From positions 11,780,001 through 11,844,000 of the forward strand of contig NC_073405.1 in the NCBI RefSeq assembly GCF_028641065.1: DNA of 64,000 nucleotides, written 5' to 3'. Positions 49,936 to 64,000 of this stretch are shown here, piece after piece (position 1 is the first letter of the stretch; each line of letters begins with the position of its first letter). The position numbers were made by a program, and so were the translations under genes. Under the pieces are notes generated by a model. That model was not told the DNA's origin, searched no databases, and saw nothing but the letters and a program-made list of their open reading frames with translations. The stretch is from Leucoraja erinacea (Eukaryota).

Positions 49936-51754
49936 ATAAGAGGAAAACGCAAAGTGCTGGAGTAACTCAATGGGATGGGCAGCATCTGTTGAGGGAATAG
50001 ACAGGTTATGTTTCGGATCGGGATAATTCTTTGGACTGATTCTGTCCTGACTCAAAACATCCCCTGTCCATTCCCTCACACACCCCAAAGACGTGTGGCT
50101 TTGTATGTGTTCATCACACGGAGACACAAGGAACTGCAGATTCAGGTTGACAAAAATACACACAAAGTGCTGGAGTAATTCAGCGGCTCAGGCAACATCT
50201 CTGGAGCACATGGATCGGTAACATTTTGGAGATGGACCTTTCCTCATACTCAGACTGATATTAGTATTGGTGTAGTGTTGACATGTATACTGAGATACAG
50301 TGAAAACATATGTTTAGCGTGCTATTTAGCTAAACTATGCTTAATGTTGCTGCAAACAATCCGTGCATGGGTATAACAGGAGGAAGTGTAGAATATCGTG
50401 TTACAGCTACAGAGAAAGTACAGATAAAAAAGTGCAAGAGTTGCACTGTTTTAGGACTGGGTGAAAGATGGTCAAGAATATAAATACTCATCTCCTATCT
50501 CCTATTTTCTATTTCCTTTTCTCTCTTTTTTTACTTCTTTTCCTCACTCTCTCTCTCTCTTCCTTTTTCTTTGTCACACACTATACATCACATGTTTTTC
50601 TATTCTCTACTATCTAGTCACTCTTTCTCTCTTCCATTTAAAAAAAAAGGAAGCTGGATATAAAATGTAACATGCCAATATATATTTGGCACCTGAAAAA
50701 AGGTGCCACGTTATTGTACTTCTAATAAAGAAATTATTGTTTTAAAAAAAGGTAGATTGGGAGGTTGGGAATGTACCCTTACCTAATGAGAGATTCTTTC
50801 ACGAGTCTGATCATAGCGGGGAAAAAGTTGTTCTTGAACCTGGTGGAACGTGCTTTCAACCTTTTGTACTATCTACCCAATGGGAAAGGGGGGAAGAGAA
50901 AATTACAGGGGTGTGAGTGGTCCGTGATGAAATTGCCTTCTTTCCCGAGGCAGCGTGAGGCGTAGACGGAGTAATTGGGGGGGACGAGACTGGTCTGTGT
51001 GATGGACTGGGCTGCATCTGCAACTCTCTGCGGTTTTGGGCAGAGCAGTCGCCAAACCAAGCTGCAATGAATGCTGTTGGGATGTTTTCTACAGTGCATC
51101 TGCTGAGAGTCAGTGGCAACATGCCAAATATCCTTGGTCTTCTGGGGAGGCGGAGGCACTGATGTGTAGGAAAGAACTGCAGATGCTGATTTATATCGAA
51201 GGTAGAGCTGTTGATGTGCTCTCTTGACCATAGTCTGGTGGTTTCATGGTTAGCACTCATGAAATTAGCTCCTTAACTCCAGATTTATTTAATTACTTGA
51301 ATTTAAATCCACCAGCTGCCACAGTGGGATTCAAACTTCCGGGTCCAGTAATGTGGATGCTGCTTCAATCATTCAAGCAACACAAGAGAGTCATGGCCAT
51401 TCAAATGTCATGTAGGCCGACAACGGAATAATTAAATTCTTACCTGCTGCAGCATTTGCAGGCACATTAATGTAATAACACACAATCCATAACCAAACTT
51501 GTATATAATGCTATATAATATAATAAATTAATAATCAATAATAACTAGATCTTTATAGTGCAAAACCTAGTCCATGGTGCAATCAAACAAGTCCATTGTA
51601 GTTCTGCTGAAGCGTCCCATCCCGAAACATCACTTATCCATGTTCTCCAGAGACGCTGCCTGACCTGTTGAGTTACTCCAGCACATTGTGTCCTTTTTTA
51701 AAATCAGCACCTGCGGTTCCTTGTTTTTCCACAGTAGACCATAGTTGCTGAGGT

Positions 51755-52950
51755 ATTGGCCGTGTTCAAGAGCCTGATGGTTGTTGGTGAGAAGCTGTTC
51801 TTGAACCTGGAGCTCATGGTTTTCATGCTCCTGTACCTTCAACCCGATGGTGACAGCATGTTGGGTGCATGGTAAGGGTGTTGTTGGTCTTTGATGGTAT
51901 TTGCTGGTATTTTGAGACAGCACCTCCTGTAGACCCCATCGATGGTGGGGAGATCAGTACCCACGATGAACTAGGCAATGTCTACCACTCTTTGTAACCC
52001 CCTTTGTTTCTGGGTGTACGAGTTACCAAAGCAGGCCACCATGCAAGAGTCAATATATTCTCTACTGTACATCTTAGAGGTTTGATAATCGGGCACTAAA
52101 CTGAATTTATTTGATCTTCTAAGGAAGTAGAGGTGTTGATGAGCCATCTTTGTGATCGCATCAATGTGTTGGGCCCCGGACAGGCCTTCAATGATACACA
52201 TGCCATGGAACTTGTTCTTGACTCTTTCCACCATGATTCCCATTGATGAAAACAGGTTCATGGAACCTCAACTTTCCCTTTCTGAGTTCAATAACCAGCT
52301 TCTTGGTCTCGATGATATTGAGGGCAACATTGTTGTTGTGGCACCATTCGTTCAGACGATCGATCTCCCTACTACGCTCTGACTCGTCATTACCTGAAAT
52401 TCGCACAACAGAGGTGGTGTCATCGGCAAATTTAAAGATGGCATTGGAGCTGTGACTGACCACATAGTTATGGGTGTAGAGTGAGTAGAGCAGGGGGCTG
52501 AGCACACAGCCTTCTATGCTGGTGGTCATCCAGGAGGAAGTGTTCATACTGATTGTGGTCTGTCAATGAGGAAGTCGAGGATCCAGTTGCCAAGGGACCC
52601 AGTTCCCTGAGTTTAATGGTAAGTCTAGAAGGGATTGATGGTGATGAACGCTGAGCTACAGTCGATGAACAACAAGCAGCCTGATGCACATGATAGTCCA
52701 GGTGGTTCAGTGCAGAGTGGAGAGCCAGCGAGATTGCATCCTCCGTTGAGCTGATGTGGCAGTAGGTGAATTGTAGCGGGTCCAGGTCCTTACTCAAGGA
52801 GGATTTGATATGCGATATAATAACCAACCTATTAAAGTATTTTATCACCACTGACGTTAGTGCCACCGGTCGGTAGACATTGAGCCAAGGGATCTTACTC
52901 TACTTAGGTACCGGTATTATGGATGTCCTTTTTAAGCAGGTGGGCACCTA
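51755..52950 (-). mobile_element. Degraded Rex/L2-like LINE RT fragment
   Basis: ALTSVVIKYFNRLV..LDPLQFTY..STEDAI; GCVLSPLLYSLYTHN..KFADDT; AHQHLYFLRR in successive minus-strand ORFs. Confidence 0.85.
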
Positions 52951-53195
52951 AACAGCCTAGTCTTGTGATATTTCACACTGAAATGCTCAGAGAGAGTTTT
53001 ACAATCCTTGGAAAAGGAGGTACGACATACTCTGCATGTCCTTGGTTTTGATCCCAGGACCTAATAAATCCATTGTGGAAACAAGGGACTACAGATGCTG
53101 GTTTACAAAAAAAAACACAAAATGCTGGAGTGGGTCAAGCAGCAAAATTCCAAATGTGTCTTGACCAGCACCTTATAAAGCCTCAGCATTACCAG

Positions 53196-53510
53196 TTTAG
53201 TTCACAGATACAGCACAGATACAGGCCCTTCAGCCCACCGAGTCCGCACCAACCAGCGATCCACGCACATTAACACAAGCCTACACACACTAGGAACAAT
53301 TTATACTTATACCAAGTATACAAACCCAAGCCAATTAACCTACAAACCTTTACGTCTTTGGAGTGTGGGAGGAAACCGAAGATCTCGGAGAAAACCCACG
53401 CGGTCATGGGGAGAACATATAAACTCCGTACAGACAGCACCCGTAGTCAGGATCGAACCCGGGTCTCTGGCGCTGTAAGGCAGCAACTCTACCGCTGCGC
53501 CACCGTGCCA
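53196..53510 (-). mobile_element. tRNA-derived SINE, well preserved
   Basis: Minus strand reads GGCACGGTGGCGCAGCGGTAGAG..CCCGGGTTCGATCCTGAC (A and B boxes). Confidence 0.85.
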
Positions 53511-56500
53511 GCCGCTATTTTATATTCTAGTTCTCTTGAAGTACATGCCAACATTGCTTTTGCTTTCCTTACTCCCGCTCAACCGGAAAATTAACCCTTT
53601 TGGGAACCGTGTACCAGCACTCCCAAGCCCCATTTGCACTTCCGTTGCTGAAAATCCTCTCCCCCCATTTAGAAAACAGCCTTTATTCCTTCCACCAAAG
53701 TGCATGACTGCGCACTTTGCAATGCAGTATTCCCTTTGCCACTTCTTTGCACACTCTCCCAACCTGTCCAAGTCCTTCTGCAGACTCCCTGCTTCCTCAA
53801 CACTACCTGCTCCTCCACCTATCTTCGTATCATCCGCAAACTTATCCACAAACCAATCAATTCAGTCTAGATGTATTATCGTCGTGTGTGCCGTGGTAGA
53901 GTGCAAAGCATTGTTTTGCATGCTATACAATCAAATCCAAACATTCACACAACATTTAAAAGACATTTAGATACGTACAAGGATAGGAAAAGGGTCGGAG
54001 CGATATGGGCCAAATGCGGGCAAATGGGACGAGTGTAGATGGGGCATCATGGTCGGCATGGACAAGCTGGGGTGAAGGGTGTGTAGAAAGGAACTGCAGA
54101 TGCAGGTATAGTCTGAAGATAGACACAAAGTGCTGCAGTAACTCAGCAGGTCAGGCAGAATCTCCGGTGAAAAGAATGGGTGACGTTTGGGTCTGAACCT
54201 TCAGACTGAAGGGCCTGCTGTATGACTCTATGGCTCTAAATCATATAAATCGATACATAAATACAGTCAAGCCAAACTCAAGTACAGCAGATAGAGTGAA
54301 GGGACAGATACAGAGTGCAGAATATTGCCCTACACATTTCCAACATGGATATCTTGACCCATGACCTTTTGTGTGTGGGCTCAGTCACTATTTGGAAAAT
54401 GATTCCATAATAATACTGTGAAAAACACGTTGCCTTGATAAAAACAACCACTAGAGGTCGGCAGCAGTTTGCATTTAAAGGAAGCACTTCCACTAGTTTG
54501 ACTGCCAAGAAGGTCTCGACCCGATGCGTCGCCTATTTGTAAAGAACCATAACTGTTTAAAATCCTAGACATTACGTTGTCGCCTATCCATGTCCTCCAG
54601 AGATTCTGCCTGACCCACTGAGTTACTCCAGCACTTTGTGTCTTTTTTTTTTGCCAAGAAGTAAACTTAAGTAAATTAAATATTATTAACTGAACTTTGA
54701 GATATAACTCATAGTTTCAGTATTACAGTCAATGTTTAACTCTATCCGGTCATGAGTATGGGTGAGACTAAAGCAGGTTTCATAAAATGGCCTCCAAAAG
54801 CCGATTGTGATCAGTCCCTAATATTCAATGGGGGCAGCAAACTAAAGCTGGTTCTTTTTCTCATCATTGGGAAATTAAAGCTCGTAAATCTGCTAAGTTT
54901 CCTTTCTGTGCTGTTGCACGTTGACCACTTGGAAGGACCGCCATTTCTGTCAGGCATTGATTTATCCACCTTATAAACCTTATTTCATTCACAGTTTCCT
55001 TCCTCTCTGAGTCTAAAGATTGGTCCCAACCCAAAGGTCACCTTAGCTTTAGGGTTTAGTATTGAATGTCACGTGTACCGAAGTACAGTGAAAATCTTTG
55101 TTTTGCATGCGATCCAAACGGACCAGATAACACTATACATTTATCCAAACAAGTCAAACTCATAGAGGAAAGGGGAAGAATAGAGTTCTCAGCATTGTAG
55201 TGCACCAGTTCCAGGGACAAGTCCACTGTCCTCAATGGAGTAGAGCTGAATCAGACAGTACCCTAGATTATGGAAGGACCATTCAGAAGCCTGATGATAA
55301 CAGAGGGGAAGAATCTGTTCCTGAGTCTGGTGGTGCACGTTTTCAAGCTTCTGTACCTTCTGCTGGATGGGAGCGGGCAAAAGGAATGGCTGCAGCTAGA
55401 CGTCTCTGATTATGCTGGCTTCCTTTCCAAGGCAGAAGATCAGAAGCCTGCTAACAGAAGGGAAGAATCTGTTCCTGAGTCTGTCGATATGTGCTTTCAA
55501 GCCTCTGTATCCTCTGCCTGACAGGACCAGGGAGAAGAAGGAATGACCTGGGTGAGTAAAGCCTTTGATTATGTTGGCTGCTTTTCCGAGACCGGGTGAA
55601 GTGTAGGTGGAGTCAGTGGTGGGGAGTGTAGTCTGTGTGATGGGCTGGGCAACATCCACATCCCACTGCAATTCCTCACAATCTTGGGCAGAGTTGATCC
55701 CCAACCAAGCTGTGATGTAGAATGCTTTCAGTATGCTTTCAATGGTGCAAATGTAGAAGGTTGATTGCATTGTAGGAGACCAGCAGAAATCCCACAGTCT
55801 CCCACTATCAAAAGTCAGCTTTCCAGGTACAAGGAACTGCAGGTGCTGGTTTAAAAAAAAAAAAAAAAAGACACAAAGTGCTGGAATAACTCAGCGGGTC
55901 AGGCAGCATCTCTGGAGAATAGGGACAGGACAGCCCTTTGTTTCTATGCAGTTCCATGTTGTTCTATGCTCTATGTTTTATGACTGTGTGACTTTGACAC
56001 AGACTGGGCAAGTTACAGAAGAACGACTGTGAACTGACACGTTGAAGTGATATGAATATGGCAGCGACATCGCGGAAAAATCAGCCCGGAATAAATTATT
56101 ACACAAAAAAAGTAGGAATTATCTGTGATGACTGCTTATCTGGCAGCTGGACCAGTTTCTGAGTTTTCACAGTTTCCACGGTTTCTTCTGAGTGCATATA
56201 AAATATTTAAAAAGGAACATAATGATTTTTTTTCCCCCCAAGGATAGTGGTTTAGATTGGGGTGTTTTTCGTTAGCAGCACATTGCTGAGGGTCATTATG
56301 GTTTATGCAACAGATGGATGTGTGTTGGAAGCCAAGGCTTAAATTATATCAATTCTCGATTTAGAAATGGCAAGTTTCTTTCCCGAACAACGGTATTTTG
56401 AAGTAAAAGAAAACAACCCTCGGGAGGATACTCAGCGGGCCAGGCCGCATCTGTGGAGGCAGAGGCAGAGGAAGAGGGATGGTCGACGGTTCGGGTAGAG

Positions 56501-56889
56501 ACCTTGGGGAGGGGAGATAGCTGGTGTATGGAAGTGAGAGGGAGGGGTGAGGCAGAGGCCAGGAGTGATGGGTGCAACCAGGTGAGGTGGGAGATGATGG
56601 GCTGATGGAACCAGTTGGGGAGAGGGGAGGGGCGATGGGAAGGGGATGAGTGGAACCAGATCAGGGAAGGATAGGATCACAGTCATTTCATGTTCATAAG
56701 AGATAGGAGCAGATTTAGGCCATTCGGCCCATCAAGTCTACTCCTATTCAATCATGGCTGATCTATCTATCCCTCTTAACCCCTTTCTTTTGCCTTCTCC
56801 CTTCATTGTTCTATCTGGAACATATGACAATAAAACACTCTTGACTCTTGACTCTCTACCCATAACCCCTGACACCCGTACTAATCAAT

Positions 56890-57380
56890 GCAGCACGGAA
56901 ACAGGCCCTTCGGCCCAACATGCCCATTCCAACCAATATGCCCTATATACGCTCATCCCACCTGACCACATTAGGTCCATATCCTTCTAAACCATTCCTA
57001 TCCATGTACTTGTCCAAATGTATTTTAAACATAGAAATAGTACCTGCCTCAACTACCTCCTCTGGCAGATCGTACCATACACTTACCACCCTTTGTATAA
57101 AAAAAAGTTAATATTCAGTTTCTTATTAAATCTTTCCCCCTTCACCATAAATCTGTGTCCTCTGGTTCTTGATTCCCCCACTCTGGGTAAAATATTCTTG
57201 GCATTCACGTTATTTAATCCCCTCACAACTTTATACACTTCTATAAGATCACCCCTCAGTCTCCTGCGCCCCAAAGAATAAGGTCCTAGCCTGCTCAACC
57301 TCAGGTTCTTGATTCCTGGCAATATCTTCGTAAATCTTCTCTGCACCCTTTCCAGTTTAACGACCTTCTTCCTATAGCGC
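56890..57380 (-). mobile_element. CR1 3' fragment
   Basis: LERVQRRFTK..RRLRGDLIEVYK..SRTRGHRF (minus ORF 57083..57382). Confidence 0.8.
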
Positions 57381-60300
57381 ATCCAACATCCATCCTTCCT
57401 TCAGATGGTGGGCAGAGGGGGGTGAGGATAGGTAATGTAGGCCAAGGGAGCGAGAATCCGGGTGGGTAGGTGTGTGGGTGATGAGCAAGTGGAACCAGAT
57501 AGGGGATGGTGACATATCTAAATAACTGGGAGAGCGGGCGCTGTAGGGTTGGTTGAAATGGAAAAGGTGAATGAAGAGAGAGAACCTCGTGGTTCAGTAG
57601 TTCAATGGTTCGATAGTTCGGTGGTTCAATGGTACATTAATGTCACATGTATCTAGATAAAGTGCAATTCTTTGTTTTGCAACTAATACAGTAAAATCAT
57701 ACTATATATAAGCACAAAGATACCTAAGTACAAGAGTTCAACAATTGTGTAAGAATATTAGGTTACACCGAGGCAATACACAAAGAGTTGCTATGTTTCT
57801 AGTGCCATCTTGCATCCTGCAGTTCAGAGTTGTTTAAAATATTAGAAACTTATCTTGGCCACAAAGGGCCATTGTCCTGGTGACTGCATTGGTTCAGAGT
57901 TAGAGAGTTAACCGGGTCAGGCGATGCTGTCGATGACCTCCGCCACCACAGGACAGGGTAAATCTGGGCCAGCTACAAATGACCACAGGCAGGGTGGTGC
58001 CCTGGTTGGCCAACTGTTGGCTAGGGAAGGTGTGACCTCAAGAGGGATGCACCATCTCTGGGCAACATTTGTCAACTGAACCTAAATGGAAAATCTACTA
58101 TTGAACTCATGCCAGGATGTAACAACTTTGTGTAGAATCCTTAAGAACTGGGTTCAAATCTTTTGCAACCAGACATTAACCTCTTGTAGATTTCATCAAG
58201 TTTGCATCCAAAATGTACAGATTGCAGTGGTAACTGGTAGATGTAAAGTCTAATGATGTCTCTTTGTTCTGTAATGTCACTTTTGTTTCTCTTACCATAG
58301 ATGCTGTCTGACCTGTTGAATATTTTCAGCATGTTCTGTTTATATTAGAACTCTTGAATTACCTCGTACAGTGTTTGATTTGATTGATTGCATGTTTTTT
58401 TAGTTTAGTTTAAAGATACAGCACGGAAACAGGCCCTTCAGCCCTCTGAGCCTGCATCAACTAGCAATCCCCGCATATTAACACTATCCTATACACTCTA
58501 GGGACAATTTACCACTTATACCAAGCCAATTAACCTATAAACCTGTACGTCTTTGGAGTGTGATCTCGGAGAACACCCATGCGGTCACGGGGAGAACGTA
58601 CAAACTCCGTACAGACTGCACCTGTAGTCGGGATCAAACCCGGGTCTCTGGCGCTGCGAGTGATGTAAGGCAGCAACTGCACTGCTGTATCACCGTGTCA
58701 CACCATGTATGTCTAATATTAACAGATTTGATTGGATAGAATGCCAAACAAAGCATTTCACTGCACCTCAGTACACGCGATCCTAAAAACTTAAACCTAA
58801 AGTTTGAGTTAGGTTGTAACAACGACAAGATATATAGCGTACAAACCAAACTAGTCTCTTTTAAATAAAACGAGTTGAAGTATTCTTCAACCCCTTTGAA
58901 TTTCTTTTCTTCTGCCCGTCCTTGATGTGAATGATTGCTAATGCGCTTGGGTTGTTTGCCCAAGCTATAAAGGATTAGCCAGATGAGGTGCCTGTGGAAG
59001 TAATGACTTTTTTTAATGTTGGAGGATGTGTTGAAAAAAAACCCCAGAAGAACCCCTCCATTTTGAGAGGTGGAGGAAGGATTTGCAAGGTTTTAGAATT
59101 CATCTGCCAGGGTGCCAGGTGGGCTTAGCTTTGCTGACACGAAGATAAGGAACACCTCAGCTGGCATGTGCCCACGCCAGGTGTCATCTGCACAGACTTC
59201 GACAGGGACCATGTTTGGCCTGAACTCCCATTCCCTGACCGAAGCAGAGCTGGCCAAGTTTCTGTCATGAGGAGGAGATGAAAATCTTTTGCACAATCCA
59301 GTTATTACAGCTGTTGGGGTGAAACCCAAATGGCCGGGAACACTGAGTGGCATCATGCCAAGAGAGAGACGAATCATGACCCTTCACCCTGATGTTATTG
59401 CAGCTGGCTTCGGATAACACGGGATTAATTCCTTTCTTAAATAAAGGAAGAAGTTTCTTTTTCCCACTGCCTCTGTTTACAATCCCAATCAGCTCGGCTC
59501 GGGCTGGGAAGGGTAGGTAATTATTTAAGTAGTGAGAACTTAGAGCAGGAATTAAAGCAGTAGACCCCTTCGCCAGTCTATGGGTGCTAGCTGTGTGCTC
59601 ATCGCAACAAGTCAGTTACAGTAATCCTGCCTTGCAAATATGACTGGTTTCATTGAGGGGAAATACTCTTTGGAATGTACTGAGCTTGCAAAAAGGAATA
59701 TGTAAATAAATGTATGCACTCACCTGTATTTAGCTACAAGTAATAAAACCATCTTGCTTGTACCTGATTGAATTGAAAGATGGATACAGACCATTCGGCC
59801 CATCGAGTCCACGCTGGCCATCAATCACCCGTACACACTAGGTCTATGTTATCCCGCATTCTCATCCACTCCCTATGCACTAGCGGCAATTAACCCTCAA
59901 GGCCAATTAACCCTCAAATTCGCAAGCTTTTGGGATGTGGGACGAAACCGGCGCACCTGGAGGAAATCCACGCAGTCACAGGGAGAACGTGCAAACCCCT
60001 CGCAGACAGCACCCGCGGTCAGGATCGAGCCTGCGCGACTGAAGCTGTGAGGCAGCAGCTCGACCCGCTGCATCGCTCTCTGCTGCCCTCAGTTCACTTA
60101 TAATATTTCTTGTATAACGCTACAAGAAATGTTTCTTGTACCAGTTCCTGTAGAGTGCTCAAATGGATCCCAAAAGTATTATAAATCATTTGAGTCATTG
60201 ATCATCAATATGTCACCCATGTATTCTTACGGGCAGATTTTACAATCATTGAACATTACCTCATAGAATCTGGGTCTTTGGCTCTCAATGTTTGTGTCCA

Positions 60301-60727
60301 AACATGATCCAAGTTATACAAATCTCATCAGGCTGCATATGATCCATATCCCACCATTCCCTATATATCCATGTGCCTATCTAAAGCCTCTTAAACGCCA
60401 CTATTGTATCTGCCCCCATCACCAGCGCTAACGGTGTTTTCTAGGCACCCACCACTTTCAATGTAAAAGATGTTGCCCACATCTTCTTTAAACATTGCCC
60501 ATTTTGCCTTAAAACTATGCCCTCTAGTCTTTGACATGTTCACTCTGGGAGAATGGTTCTGACTGTCTACTCTATCTACGCCTCTCATAATTTTATAAAC
60601 TTCTATCAGGCCTCCCCACAACCTTCTACGCTGCAGGGAAAACAATCCAAGTTTGCCCAATCTCTCCTTGTAGCTAACACCCGCTAATCCCGGCACCACT
60701 GTTATATTTTCCATAAGTTCATTGTAA

Positions 60728-61357
60728 AGGGTCTGTCCCAGTTGGACGACCTAATCCACGAGTTGAGAAGACCCCAGACGAGTTGAAAAAAATGTCAAGG
60801 TCGCGTTGTCTCGCCAAAGTAAAAGACCTCCCACGACCTCCTACGACTATGTCTACGACCTCTTACGACCCCCCTCGACCTCAGTCTTCCACACCTAAGA
60901 CCAACTACGACTAGCTATCAGCTAAAATGATCACATGATAAAATGATGTCATGTTTGCATTTTGTTTTCGGGCCAGTTACCGACCTACGACTACCTACAA
61001 CTACCATGACAACCTACATACGACCTACCTGCGACCTACATACGACCTACCTGCGACCTACATACGACCTACCTGCGACCTACCTGCGACCTACATACGA
61101 CCTACCTGCGACCTACATACGAGTAAAAAGTGTCAATTTTTTCCATGCCGACCTTTTTTTTTACTCGTGGACATTTTTTATCAGGCTGGAAAAAACGCCG
61201 CGACCTACTTGAGGCCACGAGTACGCGGGGACCACTCACGAGCACGAGGAAGATTTACGAAGACCTCCTACGACCTTGTGGCGACCATGCTGCGAGTATG
61301 AGTCAAGGGCAAACTCGGCAGATTGCCAATTAGGTCGTGAAAGTGGGGCTGGGGCTT
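60728..61357. mobile_element. MITE-like DNA element with imperfect TIRs and internal CGACCTAC repeats
   Basis: Left end AGGGTCTGTCCCAGTTGGACGACCTAAT; right end ATTAGGTCGTGAAAGTGGGGCTGGGGCTT; TA-rich flanks. Confidence 0.65.
61010..61119. repeat. 11-bp tandem array with two unit types (CGACCTACATA / CGACCTACCTG), 10 units
   Basis: Read directly from the sequence. Confidence 0.92.
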
Positions 61358-62920
61358 TAATTGGAGGCAGATACAATAGTGGCGTTTAATAGGCTTTTAG
61401 ATTGGCACATGGATATGCTGGGAATGGAGGAATATTGATCATGTGCAGGCAGAGATGATAGTTTCATGGCATCATGTTCATCATGAACATTGTGGGCCGA
61501 AGGGCCTGTTCCTGTGCTGTACTGTTCTAAGCCTATGCTTCTGAGGGAATCCATTTGGTTGCATTCAACTATGGAACAGTCTTTAGGAAGATCTTGAGCG
61601 AGGCACCTAGTAAATAATTTTCATCAATCTTCTGCGCAGAAGATGGACCATTGGACCATGATAGAGAATGCAGATCCTCTCTCTGTTACTTCATCAATTA
61701 TCCACCAATGTTTGTGGTAAAGAAGCACAACTATGGTCATATCAATCAGCTATACTGTTGCTATAGCCTCCTGTCTCTGGTGCCGATGGTTCTGTTGCAG
61801 TTTCATTTAATTTTTCAATGCCTGAGGTTTATTTAGGTTTATTACTGTCACGGTACTGAGGTACGGTGGGAAAGCTTTGTTTTGCATACTATCTAATCAA
61901 ATCAGATAATACGATACGTCAATGCCAATCTGCTCAAACTCAAGTGCAATAGGTAGAACAAAGGAGAAGATACTGAGTGCAGTATATAGTTCTCAGCATT
62001 GGAGCGCACAAAGTCCAATGTCCGCATGGGGTAGAAATGAATCAGGCAATATCCTGGCTTATAGAAGGACCGTACTGTACCTAATTTAAACGTAAAATGC
62101 TGAAAATACTCAGCAGATCAGGCAGCAACTTTGGAAAGAGGAACAGAAGTGACATTGTAAGACAAAGAGGATTTTCCCAATGTCTGTAATGACAAGCACA
62201 AAGTCCAATATATGCAACGTCCATAATGGGGTAGAGTTGAATTGGACAGTGCCTTGGCTTATGGAAGGACAGTTCAGAAGCTTGATAACCCAGGGGAAGA
62301 AGCTGTTCCTGGGTCTGGTGGTGCTTTCAAGCTTCTGTACCTTCAGCCCGATGGGAGTACGGAGAAGAAGGAATGACTGGAGTGGGACAAGACTTTGATA
62401 CATTGGCTGCTTTTCCCGGGCAGCGTGAAGCGTAGATGGAGTCAATTCGATATCCGCATGGAACCTGTGGTGGTCGCTTCAAAATCCACAGGATTTCAGT
62501 TTCAATAGATAAAGAGAAATGTTTCCCTTTCCTTCTAAAATATCATTATTGTAATCTACTGTCAGGAAGATGCAAGGGTTTCTGCTAATTCCGTCTGGAA
62601 TAACTTTCATATTTTAATTTGTGTTTTCATAAAAACTCACACTCTATTATCAGCAGCTTTTAAACTGGAAGATATTTGCGGTTAGGGTGCAGTGGGAAAA
62701 TGTAAAAATGTAATAATGTGGGTGGAAGACATATAATCTACATTTCAGTTCTATTTTGCGTATGTCAGCATGATCAAGAAAGGAATTGGATCATTCCAGT
62801 TAGTCACAAGACAAAGATTTCATTCAGATACAAGGATTACAAGATACAATTACAAAAAAATGGATACAAAGTGCTGGAGTAACTCAGCGAGTCAGGCAGC
62901 ATCTGTGGAGAACATGGATA

Positions 62921-62954
62921 GGTGACGTTTCAGGTCGGGACCCTTCTTCAGACT
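62921..62954 (-). ncRNA. Minimal hammerhead motif in a solo Penelope pLTR fragment
   Basis: Minus strand reads AGU-CUGAAGA-A-GGGUC-CC-GACCU-GAAAC-GUC-ACC. Confidence 0.55.
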
Positions 62955-63379
62955 AGACTTTAGACTAGAGATACATCGTGGAAACAGGCCCTTTGGCCCA
63001 CCGAGTTCACACCGACCAACGATCACCCCATACACTAACACTATCCTACACATTACTGACAATTAACCTCTAAACCTGTACGTCTTGGAGTGCGGGAGGA
63101 AACTGGACCTCTCTGGCTGAATGTACAAACTCTGTTCAGACAGCACCAGTAGTCAGCATCGAACCTGGGTCTCTGGCGCTGTAAGGCAGGAACTCTACCG
63201 CTGTGCCACTGTAGCACTAGTCGGGCCGAAGGACCTGTTTCCAAGACTCATGGTCTCTCCGAATATATGACCTGATCAATTGTGTATCTCACGGATTTAC
63301 TGCACTTGTTTTCAAGCATTTTGCTTTTGAATAAAATTGAATATGTGTGTGTGTGTGTTTGTGTTGTGCGTGTGTGTCT

Positions 63380-63770
63380 NNNNNNNNNNNNNNNNNNNNN
63401 NNNNNNNNNNNNNNNNNNNNNNNNNNNNNNNNNNNNNNNNNNNNNNNNNNNNNNNNNNNNNNNNNNNNNNNNNNNNNNNNNNNNNNNNNNNNNNNNNNNN
63501 NNNNNNNNNNNNNNNNNNNNNNNNNNNNNNNNNNNNNNNNNNNNNNNNNNNNNNNNNNNNNNNNNNNNNNNNNNNNNNNNNNNNNNNNNNNNNNNNNNNN
63601 NNNNNNNNNNNNNNNNNNNNNNNNNNNNNNNNNNNNNNNNNNNNNNNNNNNNNNNNNNNNNNNNNNNNNNNNNNNNNNNNNNNNNNNNNNNNNNNNNNNN
63701 NNNNNNNNNNNNNNNNNNNNNNNNNNNNNNNNNNNNNNNNNNNNNNNNNNNNNNNNNNNNNNNNNNNNNN
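63380..63770. other. Assembly gap (N run) flanked by TG/CA microsatellite
   Basis: 391 N characters. Confidence 0.99.
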
Positions 63771-64000
63771 NATACAAACACACGCAATAATGTTTTCATA
63801 CTATATATATTATAATCAAGTATTCTAACACTGCAAGCCTGATTTTTCCCACAATTTAGTTTAGTTTAGTTTAGAGATGCAGCATGGAAACAGGCACTTC
63901 GGTCGACCGAGTCCACGCCGACCATCGATCACCCGTTCACGGTTCTCCTATGTTATCCCACCTTTTCATCCGCTCCCTAAACACACTAAGGGCAATTTAC

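Noticed and set aside
53440-53510. tRNA gene
   Set aside because: The A/B boxes continue into a SINE body and tail found in many copies, so this is a SINE head rather than a tRNA.
61010-61119. CRISPR-like array or repeat-protein ORFs (60943..61301)
   Set aside because: The repeats are contiguous 11-mers without unique spacers, in eukaryotic DNA inside a MITE.
63248-63828. Long ORFs at the window end
   Set aside because: Artefacts of the N gap.

Overview
Eukaryotic, repeat-rich genomic DNA from a jawed vertebrate. The CR1/Penelope/tRNA-SINE landscape suggests a cartilaginous fish, probably a skate or ray (inference). The window holds the conserved FZR1-DOHH-SMIM44-SMIM24 block: 5' exons of FZR1 on the minus strand, and complete DOHH (299 aa), SMIM44-like (124 aa) and SMIM24/PDZK1IP1-like genes on the plus strand. 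Notable features: (1) an intact two-exon Harbinger-transposase-derived gene (425 aa) with a degenerate catalytic site, head-to-head with FZR1 on a shared CpG-island promoter; (2) two unrelated short non-coding retroposons (about 136 and 195 bp), each starting exactly with an HDV-like ribozyme fold, ending in a (GAA)n tail and flanked by target-site duplications; (3) many Penelope-derived minimal hammerhead motifs; (4) a triplicated 48-nt exon in the SMIM24-like gene; (5) a roughly 714-bp foldback element, tandem Helitrons, a Tc1 end and a repeat-bearing MITE. Assembly gap at 63380-63770. All calls were made by eye, without database searches.
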